From the NCBI RefSeq assembly GCF_009914755.1, contig NC_060947.1: a DNA stretch of 64,000 bases; one strand, given 5' to 3'. Below are positions 13,996 to 27,601 of the stretch, piece by piece. A model generated the notes under the pieces. The model was not told the origin of the DNA. It was given only the letters and a program-made list of their open reading frames with translations, and did not search any database. This stretch comes from the human T2T-CHM13v2.0 reference genome, Homo sapiens. Positions within the stretch are counted from its first letter, which is position 1, and each line of letters opens with the position of its first letter. Position numbers and translations under genes: made by a program.

Positions 13996-14400
13996 TCCAA
14001 AAAGTAGAAACAACCCAAATGTACATCAAGGAATGAATGGATAAAAAGTGCTCAATCCATACAATGAAATGCTAGCCATAAAAAGAAATGAAGAACTGAT
14101 ACATACTACAACACGGGTGCTAAATTAAGGCACATACAAAAGATCACATATTTTATGATACCATTTATACAAATTGACCATAATGGGCAAATCCATAGAG
14201 GCAGAAAGTATATTGGCGGTTGCCAGGGGCTAGGGTGGAGGAAAATGAAGATTAATGTCATTTAAATGGACATGATGGGTCTTCTTGGGATGATGAAAAT
14301 GACTGATTAGTAAATTTACTACATATATCATTGAAATGTATACTTGAAAGAATAAATTAAATGATATGCAAAGTATACCTCAATAAAGCTTCTAAAAATT
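13995..14400 (+). mobile_element. L1M (ME/MB) 3' fragment
   Basis: aaaagtagaaacaacccaaatgt...tatacctcaataaagct. Confidence 0.8.
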
Positions 14401-14514
14401 CATAGAAAAAGACTGACAACAGGTTTCTTGGGGGTAGGGAAATAGTATGATTCATTTCCTGTTCTTTTTTTACACTTCACAATGATCTGCAACTTTTCTA
14501 CCTCAACAAATTCT

Positions 14515-15040
14515 TACAGTAGGTTCCCCAAAAGTAGTCCTGAGATGAAGAACTGTGTGAAAGTGATTTGTAAGAAGTAGTCCCAGGAAAAAATAGGAGC
14601 ATGAGAAAGGGAGACTAAGTAGGTAAGAATGGCAAGCAAACATGTGACATCAGACAAAGAGCCTGAGAGGGTTAACTATGGCTCCATCCTGCAGAGGAGG
14701 AAGATGGGGGAAGGGGAAGTTGATGACACAGTGTGGGTCCCACTCAAAGTCATCTGCTCAGGAAGCTGGAGTATTTATAATACCACCCATACAAACATAC
14801 AACACACAACACCAATCAGCCATTGGCTGACACCCCTACCTCCACCCCTGCCTGGAATAGTAAATTCACAGAAACTTGTTGTGGTTCTTTGTGTGCCACA
14901 GCCTAAGGTTGATCCTTCAAGAAAGAGATACAAGTACTTGGCTATTGGGAGTGAAAGTACCCAGGAACTGATGTGCACAATAAATGGTACAAGGAGGCAT
15001 GAGAATACAGATGAAGCTCTGGCAGCATCTTCAACAAGCA
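14515..15040 (-). mobile_element. ERVL LTR16/LTR33-like solo LTR relic
   Basis: aggttccccaaaagtagtcctgagatgaag...tcccaggaaa motif; ends near ggcagcatct. Confidence 0.5.
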
Positions 15041-15867
15041 TGTTTTTATTATATAGGCAGGAGAAGACAAAATAGGAAAAAAGTATATTGCTGGTATATA
15101 ATATATACAAAAATATGGTATTATATCATTATATAGTATTATAGTTATTAGTGGTTATATCTAGTAATATATTTAGTATATACTAGTGATAAAATCCACA
15201 TGTACATAATAATAAAGGTTGGACACTACTTCTGAGACAGTATATACAATTTGTAGAAAAGCCCAAAAGAGAAGATGTGCTTGCCCTTTTCTTCGAAGAA
15301 ATGAGAATTAAAATCCAAAATGTCACAGAAGACAAGGAGTTGTTTGTTAGCTCAGAGGAACCTGTTGGTGGTAGGGGCTGCATTTGGGAAAAGCAAGGTT
15401 TGAAGAGCCTCTGGTGAAATTTCTGGCCAGAAGATGACCCTCACTACCTGGCAGCATTCTATTACAGCATATTTGTGCCTTTACTTCTAGACAGACCCCA
15501 GAAGTAATGTCTCTGAGTACAAAATTTGGGCATGCAAAATAACTTTAGTGTCTGGAATCAAAGAAAGGGTATTGAATGTAACTCATCAGTTAGTTGTTTC
15601 CTAAACAGTTTATTTCTTTGGAATTTGCAACGAATGACCAGTCAGTTGAAAAGATCTGTCAACTCTGTACATACTTTGAACTATTCTAGAAATACAAAAA
15701 TCCTGAAGAATAAAACTTCAGTGTTTATTTGTCCCCTAATCCTCTAAAGTCAATTGCTCCTGCAGAACCTCCTGTTCTTGTGATTATTCCAGGAGAAGGA
15801 GAAATACGACCTTTGGCTCTCGTAGAGTGGCCTGCACAATTATCTGATACTAGCAGGGGAAAAAGCG

Positions 15868-16320
15868 GTGAAAAGAAGCCTATCCAAGTAGACTACATGC
15901 CATATGATTCCAGTTATACAACATTCTGGAAAAGACCAAACCATAGTGACAGTAAAAGATCATTGGTTACCAGACTTTAGGGAGGATGAGTAGGTGGAGT
16001 ATAGAGGATTTTTAGGGTAATGAAACTATTCTGTATGATACTATAATGGTGGACACGTGTTATACATTTTTCCAAATTCACAGAATGTACAACACCAAGA
16101 GTGAACCCTAACGTTAACTATAGACTTTGGGTGATAAAGATATGTCAGTGTAGGTTTACCAGTTGTAACAAAGGTATCACTTTGGTGCAAACCTCTTGAT
16201 AATGGGAGAAGCTGTTGCAGTGGGTGGACAGGGGATGTATGGGAACTCTGCACTTTCATCTCAATTTTTGCTGTGAACTGAAAACTGCTCTAAAAAATAA
16301 AGTCTATTTAAAGGAAAAAA
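15868..16320 (+). mobile_element. L1MC/MD-type 3' end
   Basis: gaaactattctgtatgatactataatggtgg...caacaccaagagtgaaccctaacgttaactatagact. Confidence 0.85.
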
Positions 16321-16392
16321 AGCAGTGAGCAGAAAAACATGGTCCTCTCAGTAGGTATTAATTCACTACACACAATGACCTAGAGCCTTGGC

Positions 16393-16553
16393 CAGGATCA
16401 GCTAGGTAACTGGCAGGGTCCAGCACAAAATAAAAATGCAGAGCCACTTGGTCAAAAAATTTAAAATTCCAAAATGGTGGAAACAGCATTAAATCAAACA
16501 TTGGGCCTCTCTAAACAATGGGCATTCATCACATGCTGATGAAGTTGGCCCTG
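16393..16553 (-). mobile_element. MER45A (hAT-Tip100)
   Basis: cagg...cagcacaaaataaaaatgcagagcc...tgaagttggccctg matches the recalled MER45A reverse complement. Confidence 0.7.
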
Positions 16554-16564
16554 GCCTTGACATA

Positions 16565-16860
16565 CGGTTCCCTGCTTAAAACCCTTCAAAGCCCCCTGTA
16601 AACAGTGAGGAAGTTGGAAGTCCTTAATTAATTTGACATGCCCTTCATGATATCCCAGGCCCATTCCCCCTTCAGCTTTATTTCTCTCAGCCCCACCCTA
16701 CTCTCTATGCTCTAGTCACCCAGAGCTTCCTTTACTTTCTAAAATTTTCCATGCTCCCTTTGCCTCAAGGCCTTTGTATGTATTTCCCTTACCTGGAATA
16801 CAATTCCTCCAATTTTTCATCACTCCACTATTGACCCTACAGGTCTCAGTTCAGCAGAGA
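16565..16860 (+). mobile_element. L2 fragment
   Basis: ccctgcttaaaacccttc...gcctcaagggcctttg...cctggaat. Confidence 0.65.
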
Positions 16861-16993
16861 AGTCACAGCTAAGTAAATCAATGCTTACATTATATAATAA
16901 ATGCTATTTTAAATATATTTAACACTATTTTAAAATGCTATTTAATTTAGAAAAGAAAAATGCCTTTCTCATGCAATAAATAACCTTCTAATT

Positions 16994-17325
16994 CAGGGGT
17001 CATCAGCTCCCCCATCACAGACCAGTACTGGTATGTGGCCTGTTAGGAACCAGGCCTCACAGCAGGAGGTGAGCGTTGCGTGAGTGAACATTACCACCTG
17101 AACTCTGCCTTCTATCAGATCAGTGGCATTAGATTCTCGTAGGACCATGGACTCTTGTGAACTGCACATTCAAGGGATTTAAGGTGCATACTCCTTATGA
17201 GAATCTAATGCCTGATGATTTGAGGTGGAACAGTTTCATCCTGAAACCACCCCACCACCCACCACCTATGAAAAAACTGTCTTCCACGAAACCAATTCCC
17301 GGTACCAAAAAGGTTGGGGATGCTG
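16994..17325 (+). mobile_element. MER1B (hAT-Charlie)
   Basis: cagggg...ggttggggatgctg termini with perfect 8-bp TSD ttctaatt (16986-16993 and 17326-17333). Confidence 0.92.
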
Positions 17326-17550
17326 TTCTAATTGCTTCATACATAAAGATCTGTATTTCACAAAGCAGTTTTATATAAAATAAGGCACACCTGTAGTTTT
17401 CAATATTGCTTGTCATGTTGCTAGTTGTTTAAGAAGGTTCTGAACACTTGCTCTTGTTTACAAAATAAAAAACAAAGCCTGAGATGATGCAGTCTTCTTA
17501 GTAAACACAACTTTCTGGAGATTTCTTCATTCTCTTAAAAATGAATGATC

Positions 17551-19127
<1,577 letters not shown>

Positions 19128-19485
19128 AACTTAGACTACTCCTCCATAAAAATTGCTTTTATAATAATTTTTGGTCCAACTTGCCCCAAATTCTCCAAAA
19201 TTAGCACCCAAGTCCTTAGAGAATAAGGTCTGGCCCCCAGGCTTGGAATTTGGAAGGTGTTCAAATTTGGCCTCTTCTAAATTCTCTGGTCTCATGACTC
19301 ATACTTATCTTTGATACTCAAAGGTTTCAAAGCACATTGTCTTTGATCATAGCCATTTTCCTGGCTTGTGAGTGTCTTGATATCTCTTCTTTCCCCACCT
19401 GACCCAAGCATGTAATTATTTTTTGTTAAAACTAATGTGTGGCACTTTTCATAAAACAATTCATGCTATTATTTTGATATGTAGC

Positions 19486-19606
19486 TAGGGTGATCAACTC
19501 GTACCAGTTTTCTTGGGACCTTCTGTTTTTTCTCACTGAAAATTCAATTTCTCAGGACTCCTTCCCCCACTCAGTCCCAGGCAAACTGGGATAGTTGGTC
19601 ACCCTA
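19486..19606. mobile_element. MER81 (hAT-Blackjack MITE)
   Basis: TIRs tagggtgatcaac / gttggtcacccta. Confidence 0.8.
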
Positions 19607-20214
19607 TACCCTTTGATTTAAATTATGAGCTTATCTGTGTTTTTCACAGGCTTAATACAGGGCTTTAAGCATAACATTTACTCAGAAATATTTGTGATTA
19701 ATTTCAATTGCATGCATTTTTGTTGCTGCATTTTTAAGCATCCATTTCCAAAATAGTGATTTTCTGTGAATTTATCATAAGGTCCAAGTACTGTTATAAT
19801 TAGACAAAAATGGTCTGCCAATTCCTGGCAACCTAAAGAGAAAAAGAAAAGTTCAAAGCCAAAAATGTTAATAGCTTTAAAAAAATATGGCACAGCTAGA
19901 AAAATCCGTGTTAACTAAGTCTCCATCTTATCTGTGACCACTGAGAAATATCTCAGTAGGAGTGAAGTTTATGGCCAATTTAATATAGCTGATTAGTATC
20001 TGTTCTACCACCTTTTTTCATTGGTAGTGATAGTAGAGTATTGAATCTGCCCTTTTTTCCTTGTCAAATATGTTGCATTAAAAATTACTTTGAATCCCCA
20101 TGGGAGAAGCAAATATCATTCTGTAAGCCGTAAGGAATTACAGAGTTTATCACTGTTAATATAAAAAGCAAAGCCAAAATCAACATTTTTAATCAGAAAC
20201 TGACAGCAGGTCAG

Positions 20215-20830
20215 GGCTTGAACTTGGCTCTTGAGAAACACAAGCAATCAAGACTAAGCAATAATGTTCCAGGCAGAGAGAAGAGCGTGAGTAAGGACTT
20301 ACAAGTGAGGGGCCATGAGACATATTCAAGAAGCTAAAAGTGTGTTTTGTTTGTGAAAAAATTGAGGAGAGGATAGAGAGTTGGGGCTAAGGATGAAAAA
20401 GTAGAGAAGTGAATTCAGAGTTTAGACTTGATTCTAAGAGCAATGCGGAGCCATCAAAACATTTTTGCAGGGAAGTAGATGTTAGATGTTTATTTTCAAA
20501 AAATCACTCAAATAACAAAAGGAGAGAGTGCATTGCTGATGGGTCAAATTGGAGGCAGAGAGTCCAGTCCTAAGACTGCCACAGGTCTTGGTGTGATCTC
20601 ACATGGGACACTGGAGAGAGGAAAACTGGAGAGATGTTTAGAAAATGGAAGACATATCACTTGATAACTGATTGGATGTAGGGTGGGCACATGGGAGGAC
20701 AGAAGGGCAGAAACTGACATTCAAGTACCTGGCTTCAGCAATCAGTGGACCTGGTGCCCTTCACAGGGATGGAAACTCTGGAAGAGGATGAGTGGGGATG
20801 GGAAGATGATGAATTCAGCTGCTTTATACA
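20215..20830 (-). mobile_element. L2 fragment
   Basis: ttccaggcagag..., tttagacttgattctaagagcaatg..., actgattggatgtaggg. Confidence 0.65.
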
Positions 20831-20914
20831 CTGACCCTTAAGTTGACAAAAACCTACAAAGAATACCAGCTTACAGTGCCACTTTCTTTAAAACATATAC
20901 ATACTTTTATTATT

Positions 20915-21275
20915 CTTTCTTTTTAAATTTCAACTTTTATTTTAGATATGGTGGTACCTATGCAGGCTTGCTATGTGGGTATATTGTGCCCTGGCAGTGA
21001 GCAAAGTACCCAATAGGTAGTTTTTCAATCCATACCCCCTCCTTTCCTCCCCATTCTAGTAGTCCACAGTGTCTATTCTTCCCATGTTTATGTCCATATG
21101 TGCTCAATATTTAGCTCCAACTTCTAAGTGAAAACACGCAGTGTTTAGTTTTCTGTTCCTATGTTAATTCACTTAGAATTATGGCCTCCAGCTCCATCCA
21201 TGTTGCTGCAAAGGACGTGACTTCATACTTTTTATGGCTGCACAGTATTCCACGATGTATATGTACCACATTTTT
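20915..21275 (-). mobile_element. L1PA15/16- or L1PB-type 3' end
   Basis: caacttttattttagat...gtacccaataggtag...ggcctccagctccatccatgttgctgcaaagg. Confidence 0.85.
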
Positions 21276-21316
21276 ATATTCTAAATACATAATTTCCATT
21301 TAAGAAACACAGCCAT

Positions 21317-21627
21317 GGCCAGGCATGGTGGCTCGCGCCTGTAATCCCAGCACTCTGGGAGGCTGAGGTGGGAGGGTTGCTTGAACACAGGAGTTTGAGA
21401 CCAGTCTGGGCAACATGGTAAGACCCCATCTCTACAAAAACATTTTTAAAGTGGCCCAGCATAGTGGGGCATGCATGTGTTTCCAGATACTTGGGAGGCT
21501 TAGATGGGAGAATTGCTTGAGCCTGGGGGGTTAAGGTTACAGTAAGTTGTGATCATGATACTGCACTCCAGCCTGGGCAACAGAGTGAGACCCTGTCTCC
21601 AAATACATAAATAAATAAATAAATAAA
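21317..21627 (+). mobile_element. AluJ with (AAAT)n tail
   Basis: J-type variants (ttgcttgagcc, gtgagaccctgtctc); more diverged. Confidence 0.9.
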
Positions 21628-21629
21628 GC

Positions 21630-22448
21630 TATTTATTTTCAGACTGAGTAATAAACCGTGTGTCTGTGTACCTCATCTTCTTGATCTCTTCATCCATCTG
21701 TGGGAATTAAGGTTGTTTCCATGTCTTGGCTATTGTGAATAATACTGCAAGGAACATGGGAGTGCAGGTATCTCTCTGAGATCCTGATTTTAATTCCTTT
21801 GGGTAAATACCTAGAAGTGGAATCTCTGGGTTATATGATAGTTCTATTTTTTATTTTTTAAATTTATAATTGCTCCATAATAATTGTAGACATTTATGGG
21901 GCACAATGTGATGTTTTAGTGCATGTATACATAATATAATGATCGAATTGGGTTAGTTTTATAGCCATCACTTTAAACACTTATAATTTTTTATGGTAAC
22001 AATACTCAAAAATCTATTTTCAAATTTCTGAAGAATCTCCATGTGTTTTTGGACATTATGGTAAATGAAATAAGACAAACACTACATAATATCACTTATA
22101 TGTGGAATCTAAAATAGTCGAACTCACAGAAGCCGAGAGAAGAATGGTAGTTTTCAGGGGCTGGGGGAACAGGGAAATGGAGAGATGTTGCTCAAGAAGT
22201 ACAAGTTTCAGTTATGCCAGATCAGTAAATTCTGGGGCTCTGGTGGGTAGCATGGTAACTACAGGTAACAATAGTGTATACTTGAAATTTGCTAAGGGGA
22301 TAGATCCTAAGTGTTCTTACCATACACACACAAACCGGTAACTATGTGAGGTGCGGATATGATCATAAACTTGACTGTAGTGATTACTTCACAATGTATA
22401 TGTATATCAAATTATAAAGTTGCACACCTTAAGAACATACACAAAAAG
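21630..22448. mobile_element. L1MA with inverted 5' part (minus about 21630-22050, plus about 22051-22448) and a nested minus L1 3' end (about 21855-22015)
   Basis: Adjacent consensus segments in opposite orientation; flanking gaaacacagc direct repeat. Confidence 0.7.
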
Positions 22449-22989
22449 GAAACACAGCAGAACAATGAAATGTGTGGTTTCAAAACGAATGTTTCTACTT
22501 GTGCAAAATAAAGAATGCAGAGAGTAAATGGAACAGAGATGGCAATTTGTAATAAGTCTGGGCTTTCAGTGACATAATACCCTATGTTCTAGGGAAGCTC
22601 TTTTTTCTGGAAACTCTCATAGGTGGGTGGCTCTGCAGTGATAGCCAAGATACCATGCACTACTCTCAAAAGCCATTTGACCAGAATACAGGCACAGCAT
22701 GCTGCCCATACATGAATTCCTGGGAATCCAAGGTAAGCCAAAGGAAAACAGTATCAGTATGCAGAAGGACAGTTGTAATTTTGACTATGTAAGAATCCCA
22801 GAGTATATCTGGATGGTAACACACCAGATTAACCAGACTGTCAAGGACCAGATGCTTTCAGCGTTGAACATGGGGGAAGAAACACTCTCGCATTCTATTT
22901 CATAAGCTCCAAGCCCAGAAACAAATAGGGAAAATCTCAGCGTTGCAGCAGAATAACAAAGTCTTTTATAAAATTTAAACTTGTGGAAC

Positions 22990-23660
22990 AGATATTATTG
23001 ATGCCTCACCCTCGACCTCCACCTTGTTTGCTGAAGCCTGCCTGCCGGGAACACCTGTAAATCTCTGCCTGAGGGCTTTTCTTCTGGCTGAAGGAGCAAG
23101 ACCTCCTGTGCAGGGCTAAGTGGAAATACCAGAAAGTTAATGTCCTTGGAAGAAGCCCTTACCAATGACAAATGAAGTGTTGGTGGGCAAATACATCAAC
23201 CTCCCTGGTCCCCAGTTGGGATAACTCTGAGAGGTGTTCTATACTATCGCCCAAAGTGTTCTGGCAGGATTGAGCCCAGTGGGCAAGCATATGAGTGTAT
23301 GGAGTTTATTTTGCTGATGTTCCCAGGAAACACCAGTAGGGGAGTGTGAAGTGAGATTGGCAAGGGAAGAAAGCCCGTAGCACAGCTTCCCATTGTGGGC
23401 CACTGAGGTTCAGTTCTGCTGGGGACCTTTGCGAGCCTGGGTGGAACATGTCTCAGAGATTTCCTAGTAAAACTAAGGAAGCACACTGGACATGTGCTGA
23501 GGGTTGATCCTGGCAGATGTGACTGCTTGGCACTTCCATCCTGTACTGTGCAGAGGCTAGAAAGACTGCAGCATCCACAGAGGCATGTCCAGAGATTGGC
23601 ATTGGCTGGTAGATGGAAGTCAACAGTCAGACCATACAGGAATGGTGAATGTTAAGCACA
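22990..23660. mobile_element. ERVL LTR16-like relics (two abutting pieces)
   Basis: gggataactctgagagg; gagtttattttgctgatgttcccaggaaacacc. Confidence 0.45.
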
Positions 23661-24009
23661 GAGAAGCACAAACCAGGAAAGAGGGTACCAGCAAGCAGTT
23701 CCAGGTGACTGATCGGGATAAGTCCTAAAGGATTGTAGGAGCTAGTGGGGCTTAGGGGAGGGGTGTGGGAGAGGGACAGCAGCAGTGTATGGGAAGGGAG
23801 CCATTATGAAGGGAGGCCTAGTAGGTGGCAGGCTGGTGAACTGATCCAAAAGAGCAGTGGTGGTGCATGCCTGGTGGCAGGGAGAGGAAGTAGAGCTGGA
23901 GAGAGGGGATGGAATCAAGAGGATGTGGTGAATGGTGGGAGGGTAAAGAATCACAGAAAGAGGGAGATTCTCAGATGTCTGCCTCCAGACACCAGATGGC
24001 TGCACCATT

Positions 24010-24440
24010 CATGGTACCAGGGACACAGAGGGACAGACCATTTATTTATGCCTCAGTGAGCATCACGAGTTAGTTTTTAACATGTTTAGTTTGAGGCCTA
24101 TGGGGTATCCAAATAAAAGCATGCTATGGATATTACTGGTAAGGAACCCAGAAGCAGTCCGTGCTGAAGACAAATATTTCATAGCATCCAATATAAGATA
24201 AAACTGATTCAACAGAGATTTTTTTAAATGTCTACTATGTGCCGGCCAATGTGTCAATCTCTAGAGACATGCAGTGGTGAATATGAAGTAAGAAGTCCTT
24301 TCCTTCTTGAAGCTTACAGCACAACCATGTTGGCAGTAACCATGGCAGCTGAGAAGATGCCCAGGGAGAGCAGGAACATTGAGAACAGAACTCTGAGCAA
24401 CTCCAACATCTGAAGGACAACCACAGCAAAGAAAACACTT
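24010..24440 (-). mobile_element. L2 relics
   Basis: ttttaacatgtttagtttgagg; aaatgtctactatgtgcc; gaagcttaca. Confidence 0.45.
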
Positions 24441-24824
24441 AAAAGAAGCTAAGAACAAATGGCGAGTAAGTACAAAAAAAGTAAGACAAAGCTTGAAAGA
24501 ACCTACAGTGCAGTTTTGCTAGTCATAGTAGTGCTGTGTGTATGGAGGTGAGAGGGGGTTGCTTAGCAAAAATGGAGTGAGTACAAGAGTTGATTAAGGA
24601 TGAAAAAAGAACTAGGGATATTTATATCATAACTGTGGACAGCACAAATATTCTCTACCACTAGATAGTAAAATGTAACTGATACTTTTTAAGTCTTATT
24701 TTGATGCTTCATAAATATATATATAATTTGTTCCTAATATCATGACATATCTTAATAAAAAAAGCAATACCTCCCATCAGTGAAATGCTTTAAAGTTTAT
24801 CAAATGAAACATTTGTCTGGGTAT

Positions 24825-25250
24825 CTGCTAGGATTCTTGGTTGCAAGCAACAGAAATCTAAATCTAACTTAAAAAGCAGAGGGGTATATTGCAATATATT
24901 GGAAGAATATTAGCATTTTCTCAAAATTCAGGCTTGGAAAATGCACAGGAATCAAGGGAGGCTACATAACAAAAGTGTCTCTCCGGGATACCTGACACTT
25001 TCTCTGTGCCTGTGCAGTGCTACTATCATGGGGCCCAGTGGCCACACTACCCTGCCACTTACCTCCAGGCTACAAGTTCAGGAAGAAATAACTGATTGGT
25101 TAGGTCTATGTCATGAGCCCCTTGCTCTGCCCACCTGGGCATGGGAGAGGGATTATTTTCCCTCTCAACCTCTTGCAAGAGGAGGTAGGGATATGCTTCC
25201 CATCCCAACTCACACAGTGGGTATTGTCCAGTTGAGGAAAGGGGTGGTAA
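24825..25250 (-). mobile_element. Old MLT1 LTR
   Basis: ctaggattcttggttgcaagcaacagaaa start; tgattggttaggtct. Confidence 0.55.
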
Positions 25251-26469
25251 TGTGGCACTACCAACTGTCCACAACCTCTGGGTGTGCTTATCTGCCAGAC
25301 CCACGCTGGAGCTCTTTACTAAACCTCTGTGTGGTCAATTACCATTATCCCCAATTGACACTGGAGGATACTGGAAATCAGGGCACTTACATGCAAGCAT
25401 TAGCATTAAGATCCCCACTGAGGAGGTGAGCTCAACTCACTTGAGTGCTTATGGACTCATGCTTTGCCCAGAACACCGGATGTGTCTGAGTGATAGGACA
25501 TTTAAAAATCCCTAAAGACTGAAAACCACTAAACTGGCCCACCTGACTTTATTCTTAAGTCACGGAGATTGTGATACACATTTTCGTCAGCATGGCATTG
25601 ATTGAGGCTATGTGCTCCAGAAAGGGCCATGAACATGACCTTCGCTCTGAAAAGCAGAGTGGAATTTCTGCCCTGGAAAGTAGCACTAAGGTTGCTCATT
25701 CCATCTCACCGGTAGTGGCTCTCAAGAAGCATTTAAGCCCTGAGCAAAAATTGTGAAATTCCTAAATCGGTTTTCAGGCCACTTAATCCACTGAGAGTAT
25801 AATTTATATCCTGGGAAGTAGCAAATGCTACCCTGATGAAGAAGATCTATAGGTGTGAGCATTTCAGTCCTAATTTTATAATTTTTTTTTAAATTAACAG
25901 AGCTTCAATGTGAAAACTGTTTTGCTTTTTCACACAAAACAAGGTACAAAATAATGCTCTAGAAAGTGTTTTACCCTCAGTCGATTGCTGCTTTGACTTA
26001 CAAATGCATGGGTGGGTGTGTATGTGCAGTGTTTACAGATCTCATTTGTGTATATGCATGTGTAGAGGGGGATGCTTGAAATACATCAGATTTGAGACAT
26101 CAAAGGGTCTGTGGTTTCTGTGACTCTGATATTAAACATTATTTGTGATTTACTAACAGGAAGCTTTTGCATTATCCATATAGTGAGGAAAGAGGGATGA
26201 GATTATATGTTAGAATACAATTTATCAAGAAAAATAATGCAATTTATACTTAGAGAAGAAAACAGGATTGTGTGTAGAGAAGACCTAGGTTTACACATAA
26301 AGAACAAAATTTCTTAAAGGTGCACTTTTATGGTCTGTATGCATAACATCTCTGATTTAACAAGATAAAAGAGTATAATACATCAAAATGGAAATGAAAA
26401 ATTCACAATATTTTATGTGTGAAACTATCAAAAATGCTAACCCAAATTGTTGAGTTACAGCTCTGTGTC

Positions 26470-26825
26470 CAGCAGTAACAAGTATCATCCAATCCCATTC
26501 AGTGTCTCTGCTTTAGACTGCAGTCAGTTTGGTTTGGCTCAGGCTCATCTGTTTCGTGAAGCCCAGGATGAAAGAGTAGTAAGTACCTGGAGCATGCTCT
26601 AATCACAGCAACATCGGGAGACCAGAGGACAAGCCTAACCATGTAAGCATATGCAAAACCTCCACTTGCATCATAGCTACTAGCATTCCATTGGCTAAAG
26701 CAAGTCATATGGCCCCCAACACCAATTATTGGTGCAAAAATATACTCAACCCACTCTAGTGCACTGGAAAATCATACTGCCTTAGAGAGAATGAAGCATT
26801 AAAAACACAACCAAGCTATCACACT
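26470..26825 (-). mobile_element. Old MLT1 LTR (I/J-like)
   Basis: cattccattggctaaagcaagtcatatggcc motif. Confidence 0.6.
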
Positions 26826-27169
26826 GTACAAGAATCCCATCATTATAACCCAAAAAGGGCCCAGATCAAGGGCCCCAAACACATTCTGATGAATAGTTTT
26901 GTGTAGATGGTAGATATAAGTGATTTAGTCACTGAGTTTATCAACAGTGGGAAACTGCCACATAGTGGCTCAAGTTTGAGTCACAAAGTGGCTCAAGTTT
27001 CATGAGTGAATTTGGAGGCTGAGTTCTACAGACATCTAGAAATTCCCAGTGTCCCCATGAAATCTACATACCTCATGCATAAATAGCTGCTATTTATTGT
27101 GTAACTGGGCTCAAACCTAGCCTATCTGGGGCCTCTCCCAAGTCCCCATCCTCTCCAAATAAAAGTATT

Positions 27170-27601
27170 TGTGGGGTCTTAGATTAGGTTCTCTAGAAAA
27201 AGACTAAACCAGGTAGTTGCATGTAGAAGGTTTATTAGAAAATCCTCTAAAGAGATAAACCTATGAGGAAGTGAGCAAGGAAGGATCAGGCAGAAAGAAG
27301 AGTTGACTTGCAATACAATTGCAATGGAGGCCTCAGCTGACTCAACAAGGAGCTCTGGAGCTGTGGTGGCCCTTCAGAGGCAAGGAGGCTTGACCTTCAT
27401 ATCCCTAAATCAGCCAGTCAATGGTAATGGATTGCCCTTTCAGAGGAAGTGTAATCTTTGGACAGCCAGTTCCCTGGGGCCAAGGATAATTCTGGTCAGG
27501 GGACAGCTGTAAGCCTTCAGTACAAACCATTCCCAGAAGCTAGGATTGAATGAGCTGTCCCTGAAGAGAGGCCTGGATGAAGCCTCACAGCATCCACTAC
27601 A
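27170..27601 (-). mobile_element. ERVL LTR16/LTR33-like solo LTR
   Basis: ttagattaggttctctagaaaa...agaaggtttatt; ends cacagcatccactaca. Confidence 0.55.

Noticed and set aside
14629-15075. 148-aa ORF
   Set aside because: Lies in an LTR relic; no recognisable domain
24941-25429. 162-aa ORF
   Set aside because: Overlaps an old MLT1 LTR; no recognisable domain
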